Shown: positions 17,376 to 24,368 of the stretch, one piece after another
Layout: each line of letters starts with the position of its first letter
How positions within the stretch are numbered: position 1 is the stretch's first letter
DNA from: Patescibacteria group bacterium
GTDB lineage: Bacteria; Patescibacteriota; Patescibacteriia; UBA9570; JAHJKD01
NCBI GenBank assembly: GCA_041660885.1
Contig: JBAZVM010000007.1
Span: forward strand, 17,896-81,895
Direction of reading: 5' to 3'
DNA: 64,000 nt
The notes under the pieces: model-generated
What the model was told of the DNA's origin: nothing
The model's input: the letters and a program-made list of their open reading frames with translations, nothing else
Databases searched by the model: none
Made by a program: the position numbers and the translations under genes

Positions 17376-17422
17376 TTGACATAATTTTTATTTTTGCTAA
17401 CATACCTATGTATTCTAGGTAT
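17376..17422 (+). promoter_or_regulatory. promoter + putative PadR operator (copy 2, autoregulatory)
   Basis: TTGACA (17376-81), 16 nt, TAACAT (17398-403), and the inverted repeat ATACCTA-n7-TAGGTAT (17402-17422). Confidence 0.55.
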
Positions 17423-17444
17423 TATCAAATAATTAAGCAAAAAT

Positions 17445-17762
17445 ATGCTAAATAAAGAACTGCTAAAAGGCTTCTCCCCCATTATCATCCTCTCCGTTTT
17501 AAGCGATGAAGCAAAATACGGGTATCAAATTGTGAAAGACATTAAAAAGAAAAGCGACAAATCATTAAACATCGCCGAAGGTACGCTTTACCCGCTTTTA
17601 CACAAGTTGGAAAAAGAAAAAATGCTTTACTCTTTTTGGCAAGAAGCCGGTGGCAGGAAAAGAAAATATTACGCGCTTTCGGCCAAGGGAAAAAAAGCAT
17701 TAAAAACGCAAAAGAACGACTGGCAATTATTTTTAAAAACCATGCATCAGGTTATCGATTAA
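17445..17762 (+). CDS. PadR family transcriptional regulator
   Basis: 105 aa. ILSVLSDEAKYGYQIVKDIKKKS...IAEGTLYPLLHKLEKEKML...RKYYALSAKGKKAL is the typical PadR winged helix. Confidence 0.85.
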   Translation: MLNKELLKGFSPIIILSVLSDEAKYGYQIVKDIKKKSDKSLNIAEGTLYPLLHKLEKEKMLYSFWQEAGGRKRKYYALSAKGKKALKTQKNDWQLFLKTMHQVID

Positions 17763-17767
17763 TTTTT

Positions 17768-18946
17768 ATGTTTTTATATAATCTTTGGCAAAAAACATTC
17801 TTGCCGGAAATAGATGATGAACTGGACGCTCATTTAAGCGAAGCCATGGATTTTTATTTAGAGCAAGGAGTTGATAAAAAAGAAGCCCATAAAAAAGCCC
17901 TGGCAGATTTCGGGGATCGTTCTTTGGTTATCAAGCAATTATTAAAAGAAAATATTTCATCTTATTATAATTTCTTGGCAACGATTTCTTTTTTATTGTG
18001 CGGCGTTATATTTATTGCCGGTTTTATTTTTTCTCATTCGGATTTTCTCATTAACGCCTTTTTTCTAAAATTTATATATATTTGGGCCATTTTCGCTTTA
18101 ATGCTGATCGGCCTGTATTATGTTAAATTTATTAATAATTTTTGGGGCGCTTTTAAAAATAAAACTTTGCTGGCGATTTTTTCTTTTATATTTATTTATA
18201 ACTTTATTATTGTTGTTTTTTATGATATTGATGCCATAGAAATAATAATGCAAAACACCCTTCTTCTAACGCCATTGTTAGCGTTGGCTTTCATCGGTAA
18301 AAAATATTCAAAACAATATCTATTCAGATTAGAAAAAATTATCTTTGTTATCATTACTCTTTGCACGGTTGCTCAAAAATCCGTTCTTAGCAGCTTGGGC
18401 AGTATTAAATGTTTATTCATAACGCCGGATAAATTATCTTCCGGCGCTTCTTCTTTTTCTTCATGCCAGCAATTATCTTTTTTCAGTTGGAATCTTTTGC
18501 CGTTTTGGTTAATCGCAGGGGCTTCTATAGGAATGCTTCTATTTTTTCTTTTTAATTATTTAAAAAGCAAACAAAACATAATAAACAAAATCTTTATCGG
18601 CTTAACCAGCACAGCCATGATTGTCTGCCCCATATTTCTTTTTGACAGCAATAACTACCATAAAGTGGAAATCATTAATTGGCAGCCGGAGATTATTCAA
18701 GCTTACCGCGATATCTTAGGCCGAGATCCGGAAGAGAAAGACATGGCTTTTTACGCTGAACATGAGACTTATTTATACATGGACAGAATCAAAGACACTT
18801 TATATCAATCTCAAGAAAGAGAAATAAAAATTAATCTGATTTATCAAAAAATATTAAAAAGATCGCCCAGCGAAGAGGAGCTAAGCAGATATATAGAAAA
18901 TAGAATGAGTATTAAAGAAATTAGAAACGAACTGCGAAATTTATGA
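17768..18946 (+). CDS. PadR-associated membrane protein (N-terminal permease-prefix-like helix, multi-TM core, C-terminal DUF4214-like repeats)
   Basis: I place the start at ATG 17768 (MFLYNLWQKTFLPEIDDELDAHLSEAMDFY). The track start 17636 overlaps padR in another frame. The C-terminus IIQAYRDILGRDPEEKDMAFY / IYQKILKRSPSEEELSRY resembles DUF4214. Confidence 0.6.
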   Translation: MFLYNLWQKTFLPEIDDELDAHLSEAMDFYLEQGVDKKEAHKKALADFGDRSLVIKQLLKENISSYYNFLATISFLLCGVIFIAGFIFSHSDFLINAFFLKFIYIWAIFALMLIGLYYVKFINNFWGAFKNKTLLAIFSFIFIYNFIIVVFYDIDAIEIIMQNTLLLTPLLALAFIGKKYSKQYLFRLEKIIFVIITLCTVAQKSVLSSLGSIKCLFITPDKLSSGASSFSSCQQLSFFSWNLLPFWLIAGASIGMLLFFLFNYLKSKQNIINKIFIGLTSTAMIVCPIFLFDSNNYHKVEIINWQPEIIQAYRDILGRDPEEKDMAFYAEHETYLYMDRIKDTLYQSQEREIKINLIYQKILKRSPSEEELSRYIENRMSIKEIRNELRNL

Positions 18947-20088
18947 AGTATGCTAAATATATTATTACATGTTCTTTCCTGATAATCTGCTTGCCTTTTT
19001 TATCCAAAGCTGAAGAGACTAATGCTATTGTCTCCTTTATCCCCCAAGAAATCGACGACCAAATAATTTACCCCTCCCGTTTTGTCATTCCTGAAGTAAA
19101 AACTTTTCATTACTTATCTTACGACTCTGTTAAGATTAATCCCGCTTGGGCGAATAAAGGTTATTATTTTGAAATATGGAATGATCAGAATCGTCCCCTG
19201 CCGGATTATAAAGCGAGAAAGCTGGAAACCGATATCATTGATTTAAGCCGCGTTGATGCCACGCAGACAAAAGCCATCCGCATAGTGATATTCATTCCGG
19301 ATAATAAAGAAGCGCTGGCTCCGGGCGATTTTGCTTTTAGCTGGCAATCGGGTTTTGATTGGCGCTTGTTGGTTTTTACAATATTCACCAGCCTACTGAT
19401 AATATTAATAATAATTTTTTCTATTTATTATCGCCTTAAGCCTAAAGAGATTTTAAAGCTCACAAAAAAATTGAGTTTCAGAGGCAATATAGAAACCGAT
19501 TCTAAAAAGCAAATAATTTTATTGATTTGGATAATAATAATTTTTGCGGGCATTTATGGGGTGGCTTTGGGTTATTTTATGGGAGGAATACAAATACTCT
19601 ATGTTCTGATCAAACTGCCGCTTCTATTCATTGGATCTTTATTCATTTCCTTTATTACCGCTTATGTTTTGAATTTATTATTGGGAGGAAAAGAAAAAGC
19701 AACGGCGGTATTTATCAATGCTTTAAGCGCCTTGGCCATTACTTCATTGATTCTCGCTTCGTTGGCGCCGGTATTATGGTTTATGATAATTATCCCAAAT
19801 AAGCACGACATTATAGTTTTTATTAATGTTTTATTTTTCGGCATTGCCGGTTTGATTGGAGCTTTATTTTTCTATAAACAAAGCCGTAATAAAAATATAC
19901 TGGGTTTCCTGCTGTGGCTGTTTTTATATGGATTAGTGGCTCTGCAATTATCTTGGTTGCTGCGCCCTTGGGTGGGATTAATGGAAAATGTGGATATAGC
20001 CATTCCCTTTTTGCGCCTTTACGATGGTAATGTGTTTGTGGAAATATTCAATATAATAACCCGCGCGGGAAGCGGGCACGCAATTTAA
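18943..20088 (+). CDS. membrane protein: signal peptide + ~120-aa outer domain + 6-7 TM C-terminal domain
   Basis: 381 aa with ATGA overlap to the upstream gene. The C-terminal TM domain looks paralogous to 20104..20703. Confidence 0.6.
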   Translation: MKYAKYIITCSFLIICLPFLSKAEETNAIVSFIPQEIDDQIIYPSRFVIPEVKTFHYLSYDSVKINPAWANKGYYFEIWNDQNRPLPDYKARKLETDIIDLSRVDATQTKAIRIVIFIPDNKEALAPGDFAFSWQSGFDWRLLVFTIFTSLLIILIIIFSIYYRLKPKEILKLTKKLSFRGNIETDSKKQIILLIWIIIIFAGIYGVALGYFMGGIQILYVLIKLPLLFIGSLFISFITAYVLNLLLGGKEKATAVFINALSALAITSLILASLAPVLWFMIIIPNKHDIIVFINVLFFGIAGLIGALFFYKQSRNKNILGFLLWLFLYGLVALQLSWLLRPWVGLMENVDIAIPFLRLYDGNVFVEIFNIITRAGSGHAI

Positions 20089-20103
20089 TTAATTAATATA
20101 TTT

Positions 20104-20703
20104 ATGAAAACATCAATCATTAAAACATTACTAAAAAACAAACAAGAAATCTACGAGTACTTGTTTCACGAAGAACGCTGGAATAAACTGACAATAAAAT
20201 TATTGCTTATCAGTTTATTTGGCATTGCCTTCTATGGCTTGGTTATGGGAACTTATGTGGATGAGTGGCAACATTGGTTTAAGATCAGTTATAAAGCCAT
20301 TCTATTAATATACGGTTCCATTATTTTATGCGTACCCGCCTTGTATGTTTTTACCAGTATTGCCGGCTCTAATCATACTTTAAAACAAATTGTTTTTTTG
20401 CTTTTAGGCGCCTTAGCCACAGTAGGAATTGTTTTCACTGGTTTTTTACCTATAGTTTGGTTCTTCACTTTTTGTACCAAAGATATTGTTTTTATTCGCG
20501 TAATGCACGGAGCAATAATTTTCTTAAGCTTAAGCTTCGGTTTATTTTATTTTCAGCAAGGCATGAATTATCAACCAGATAAAATAAAAAAACACGGCTA
20601 TTTTGGTGTTTTATTTTTATGGATGTTAGTTTTCTCAGCGGTTCTTTTGCAAATGGCGATAAAATTATCACCTTGGTTTAACAGCTTCAAAGGTTGGTGG
20701 TAA
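20104..20703 (+). CDS. multi-pass membrane protein, paralogous to the C-terminal domain of 18943..20088
   Basis: 199 aa. Shared pattern F-G-x-YG...YV...AL...P(I/V)(V/L)WF. Confidence 0.55.
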   Translation: MKTSIIKTLLKNKQEIYEYLFHEERWNKLTIKLLLISLFGIAFYGLVMGTYVDEWQHWFKISYKAILLIYGSIILCVPALYVFTSIAGSNHTLKQIVFLLLGALATVGIVFTGFLPIVWFFTFCTKDIVFIRVMHGAIIFLSLSFGLFYFQQGMNYQPDKIKKHGYFGVLFLWMLVFSAVLLQMAIKLSPWFNSFKGWW

Positions 20704-20720
20704 AATTTTGTCCACAAGAT

Positions 20721-20800
20721 TATTGCGACGGCGCTAAAAAATATTAGTTAATAATTATGGATAAACATGAAATAATCTACTTTTTAGCGACGGCTCTGAA
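20721..20800 (+). promoter_or_regulatory. pair of 7-4-7 palindromes (locus 3), second abuts the -35 of the cassette promoter
   Basis: Sites at 20721-20738 (TATTGCGACGGCGCTAAA) and 20783-20800 (TTTAGCGACGGCTCTGAA), 62 bp apart. Confidence 0.55.
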
Positions 20801-20802
20801 TT

Positions 20803-20831
20803 TTGCGCAATAATATTTTCTAATTTAAAAT
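20803..20831 (+). promoter_or_regulatory. sigma70-like promoter of GC-rich cassette B
   Basis: TTGCGC (20803-08), 17-nt spacer, TAAAAT (20826-31). Followed by a GC-rich leader of about 165 nt. Confidence 0.35.
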
Positions 20832-21002
20832 ATAAGCAACGAATCGACAATCTAAAAGGAAAGCTCGAGGGAAAATCGGGCAAGATCCCTACCATCTTGT
20901 TTACCCGATTCTCCCTGGGGCAACCTGGGATGCTTCTGCTCCACTCTCCGGCTGTTCGGAGGGAATGGGTATTAGCATCTAGTTCATTGGAGCGAACGAA
21001 CC

Positions 21003-21899
21003 TTGAAAACGTACATCGCCATCCTCCTGAGCCTCGCGCTCACGGGCTGCGTGCCCGAGAGCACCGACGACAACACCGAGCTCGCGTTCGACACGGCCTA
21101 CGACAACACCGAGAGCGTCGCCGACGGCAACTACACCGTCACGATCTCGGAAGACGAGGCCAAGCGCAGCGCCATGTTCGGCCTCGACGAGGACATCTAC
21201 TCAGCCACTTCTACCATCGTGGGCCCCCTCCAGTACCGCAACGAGTGGATTCCCGCGTACGAGGTCACGGTCAACGGTGGAGACCACATCATCCTCCGCT
21301 ACATCGATGGGAACGACGGCACCCTGCTCCAGGACATCGACGCCTACCACGAGATCCCGACCATGAACGAGGTCGATCTGCCGGAAGACGTCATGGCGTC
21401 CTACTACACGTCCTGCCCGTCCGGCTGGCCCCTGTGCATCGCCAACCCGTCGTCCATCACCTTCTACAGCCAGAACGACCCGAGCTGGAAGTATGACCTC
21501 CTCGGCAACAGCAGCACTTCCACCATCGGCGGATACGGCTGCCTGCTCTCGAGCTACGCCATGGAGATCTGCAAGAACGGGCACGGGTGCTACACGCCCA
21601 AGCAGCTGAACGCCTACAAGACCTGCTTCTCCGGCGATCTCGTGATCAACTCCTGCATCGCCAGCAAGGTCGGTGCCTCCTACTCCACCATCAGCCTGGC
21701 CTCGCTCTGGGGCAAGATCGCCTCCGGTGTTCCCGTGGTGGTCTACGGCAAGTCCTCCTGCATGGGCGGCAGCTACCACGCCCAGATGATCTGGGGCCAC
21801 GACGGCTCCCGCTACTGGACCAAGGACCCCTGGTACGACTGGACGAACCAGGACCAGGCCATGTGCGTGTCGTCGCCGAGCTATCGCGTCATCCACTAG
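21003..21899 (+). CDS. lipoprotein with PepSY-like domain and C-terminal papain-fold (C39-like/CHAP-like) cysteine peptidase domain (GC-rich island 4)
   Basis: 298 aa, TTG start, lipobox LALTGC. PepSY-like segment AYEVTVNGGDHIILRYIDGNDGTLL. Motif YSQNDPSWKY...IGGYGCLLSSYAM (candidate Cys) and later GGSYHAQMIWGHDG (candidate His). Codons end almost exclusively in C/G. Confidence 0.65.
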   Translation: MKTYIAILLSLALTGCVPESTDDNTELAFDTAYDNTESVADGNYTVTISEDEAKRSAMFGLDEDIYSATSTIVGPLQYRNEWIPAYEVTVNGGDHIILRYIDGNDGTLLQDIDAYHEIPTMNEVDLPEDVMASYYTSCPSGWPLCIANPSSITFYSQNDPSWKYDLLGNSSTSTIGGYGCLLSSYAMEICKNGHGCYTPKQLNAYKTCFSGDLVINSCIASKVGASYSTISLASLWGKIASGVPVVVYGKSSCMGGSYHAQMIWGHDGSRYWTKDPWYDWTNQDQAMCVSSPSYRVIH

Positions 21900-21923
21900 A
21901 GATGCACGATATGTTCGCTCACA

Positions 21924-21978
21924 AAACGCAGGGGCAAAGGAAAGTGCTTAAAACTTTACTCCTTTGCCTCTGCGTTCC
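21924..21978 (+). terminator. long bulged hairpin with conserved loop, copy B
   Basis: AAACGCAGGGGCAAAGGAAAGTGCTTAAAACTTTACTCCTTTGCCTCTGCGTTCC. Confidence 0.55.
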
Positions 21979-22008
21979 GACTCTATTTATCAATAATTAA
22001 ATAAAGCT

Positions 22009-22998
22009 ATGAAAAAAATTGTATTGTCAGCGATGTTTTTATCGCTTATGATCATGCCTTTTTCTACGTTTGCCAGCAAGCAAGTTACGCAAAGTTTCAA
22101 ACACCCATTTACTTACCTTCCAATGAAAACAGGGGCCATGATTTTTACGCATGAACAAAAAAATTTCTACTACTCGCAGACTCCTGAAATCGCAGTAGAT
22201 TGGAAAAAATATAAGTTAAGCTCCACCTTTGATTCAATTCAGGGAGAAGCCGTTCATTTCAAAAACTATACTTATGCTATCGGTGGAGACATATATAACA
22301 ACGGTTATTCGCAAGATGAAACATTCGATAGAATTATTAGATTTAAAGATGAAAACCCGAAAAAAATAGAAACAGTAATAACCATAACGAATGAAAGTGG
22401 AGAGTATATTACTCCATTAATATATAATTTGGTTTCTTTTGAAGATAAACTATATACCTATACGGCTTTGGAAGAATTGCTTCAATCGTCCGATGGCACT
22501 GATTGGACTACCGTAGAAACAACCGGGCTGCCGAATAATAAAACTTTGGAACAGTTTATCGCCACTACCGATACATTATATGCCAGAATTGATAATACGA
22601 TTTATTACACAAAAAATGGCGCGGATTGGCATAAATTAAATAGACAATTTTCCGGTGTTACAAACATTATGGTTTATAAAGACAAATTGTTTGTTAATAA
22701 CAGAAACGAAAACAACGAATCTGATTTATTTAAATTAAAAAGCAACCATTTTATCAAAATTTGTTCAAATAAAAAGGGCTTTATTGATGCCACTAACTCT
22801 GCGTTGTTTTTAATAACCAACACTCTAACGGACGAAGAAATTAGCTATAAAATCTATAAGAGTACGGATGGTGAAAAATTCACTAAAGTGGCTAGTGGCG
22901 AAAATGCTATAACTTTTGATCCCATGGAAGTTAATGGGGAGACTCTTTTTACAATTAGTGGTTCTGAAAATACCAATACTTATTTATTAAGGATTTAA
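22009..22998 (+). CDS. secreted protein with BNR/Asp-box-like motifs (beta-propeller-like)
   Basis: 329 aa with a signal peptide. Motifs SSDGTDW, KNGADW and STDGEKF. AT-rich, native-like composition. Confidence 0.55.
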   Translation: MKKIVLSAMFLSLMIMPFSTFASKQVTQSFKHPFTYLPMKTGAMIFTHEQKNFYYSQTPEIAVDWKKYKLSSTFDSIQGEAVHFKNYTYAIGGDIYNNGYSQDETFDRIIRFKDENPKKIETVITITNESGEYITPLIYNLVSFEDKLYTYTALEELLQSSDGTDWTTVETTGLPNNKTLEQFIATTDTLYARIDNTIYYTKNGADWHKLNRQFSGVTNIMVYKDKLFVNNRNENNESDLFKLKSNHFIKICSNKKGFIDATNSALFLITNTLTDEEISYKIYKSTDGEKFTKVASGENAITFDPMEVNGETLFTISGSENTNTYLLRI

Positions 22999-23007
22999 AA
23001 TTTAAAT

Positions 23008-23056
23008 AAAAAAGAGGCAACGGGAAGTGCTTAAACTTTACTCCATTGCCTCTTTT
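23008..23056. terminator. hairpin copy C, bidirectional terminator between convergent genes
   Basis: AAAAAGAGGCAACGGGAAGTGCTTAAACTTTACTCCATTGCCTCTTTTT. It has the same loop as copies A and B and is flanked by an A-run and a T-run. Confidence 0.65.
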
Positions 23057-23071
23057 TCGTATTCTAGCAAA

Positions 23072-24367
23072 TCAATTATTTTTTGCCCAGCTCTTCTCTT
23101 GGCGCACTAATAAATCTTCCGCCAATTCGGGATTAGCCATAATTTCTTTGGTAATTATCTCCATACGCGCGCTTTGCGAGCCTTTAATGAGAATGATATC
23201 GCCGCGGTGGATCTCATCCTGCACCGGACGGCTGGCTTCATTGGAAGTGGTATAGGAAAGAACCGTCCCCGCTGTCATGTTCTTTTCTTTGGCTGCCTCG
23301 GCCATATTTAGAGCTTTATCTCCTACGGTAATCAATATATCCACACCGCTCTCCGCTATGAAACGGCCGAGTTCTCGATGCGCTTTTTTTGAATTATCCC
23401 CCAGCTCTTCCATGTTTCCCAAACACGCAATCTTGCGGCCGGTTACTTGTACCTTAGATAAAACCTCTAAAGCTTTTTCACAGGCTAAAGGTGAAGAATT
23501 ATAACTATCGTCTATTATTATAGTATCTTTAATTCCTTTTAATAAATTCATCCGGCCTTTAGGCGGCTTATAATTTTTTAGCGCCGCGGAAATCTCCACC
23601 AGATTCATTTTTAAAATTAATCCGCAGGCGATGGCGCAAAGAGCCGCGTAAACTTGGGGCTCGCCCAGCGCATTCATAATTTTAAACGGAACCGTATGGC
23701 CTTGGTAATTTACTTTAAAACTTATGCCCGCGCTTTCCTCGGCCATGGCTCTTTCCAAATCCAAAGTATAATTAATATCCGAAACTCTGATGAGCGCTTT
23801 TTCGTTTTGCCCAATGGTATATAAAGAAGCTTTGGTTTTTTCAACTAACAGTTTTAATGAGGCATCATCCGTATTAATAACGGCAAAATCATTACTCTTT
23901 AGATGGGTGATGATATTGGCTTTTTCCCTGATCAAATGTTCTACGTTTTTAAAGAACTCCAAATGCACGGGATTCTCGCCGACAGCCGTAATAATACCGA
24001 TATGGCAAGGAGCCAGCTTGATTAAATATTTTATATCTCCGGGTTTGTCCGCTCCCATTTCCAGAACAATAACTTTCGGATAAGGCCAATAAATGGCTAC
24101 AACCAAGGCTTTAAAAAATACCGCTAACCATAAAAAAATATTCCTACCGCCGGCTTTAGCGCCGATAATGGTAAGCGGAACGCCTATTTCATTATTATAG
24201 TTTTTAATATTGCGGCGCACTTTAAATTTTTCTTTAAGCACGGCGTAAATAGCTTCTTTGGTGGAAGTTTTACCCACGCTGCCGGTAACGCCAATAATCT
24301 GCGGCTTATAACGCCAGAGAATTATTTTAGCGAGATAGTATAGTATTATTTCTAATGCTTTCTTCAT
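23072..24367 (-). CDS. murF: UDP-N-acetylmuramoyl-tripeptide--D-alanyl-D-alanine ligase
   Basis: 431 aa. P-loop GVTGSVGKTSTKE, Mur ligase layout, dcw cluster context. Confidence 0.85.
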   Translation of the reverse strand: MKKALEIILYYLAKIILWRYKPQIIGVTGSVGKTSTKEAIYAVLKEKFKVRRNIKNYNNEIGVPLTIIGAKAGGRNIFLWLAVFFKALVVAIYWPYPKVIVLEMGADKPGDIKYLIKLAPCHIGIITAVGENPVHLEFFKNVEHLIREKANIITHLKSNDFAVINTDDASLKLLVEKTKASLYTIGQNEKALIRVSDINYTLDLERAMAEESAGISFKVNYQGHTVPFKIMNALGEPQVYAALCAIACGLILKMNLVEISAALKNYKPPKGRMNLLKGIKDTIIIDDSYNSSPLACEKALEVLSKVQVTGRKIACLGNMEELGDNSKKAHRELGRFIAESGVDILITVGDKALNMAEAAKEKNMTAGTVLSYTTSNEASRPVQDEIHRGDIILIKGSQSARMEIITKEIMANPELAEDLLVRQEKSWAKNN

Positions 24368-24368
24368 A

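Noticed and set aside
17636-17767. Track start of the 436-aa ORF inside padR.
   Set aside because: It overlaps padR in another frame. An in-frame ATG at 17768, 6 nt after the padR stop, gives a typical PadR-associated N-terminus.
20897-22000. ORFs 20897..21496, 21201..21896(-) and 21587..22000 across island 4.
   Set aside because: The reasoning is the same as for island 3. 20897..21496 begins in the structured leader and is out of frame with the lipoprotein gene.
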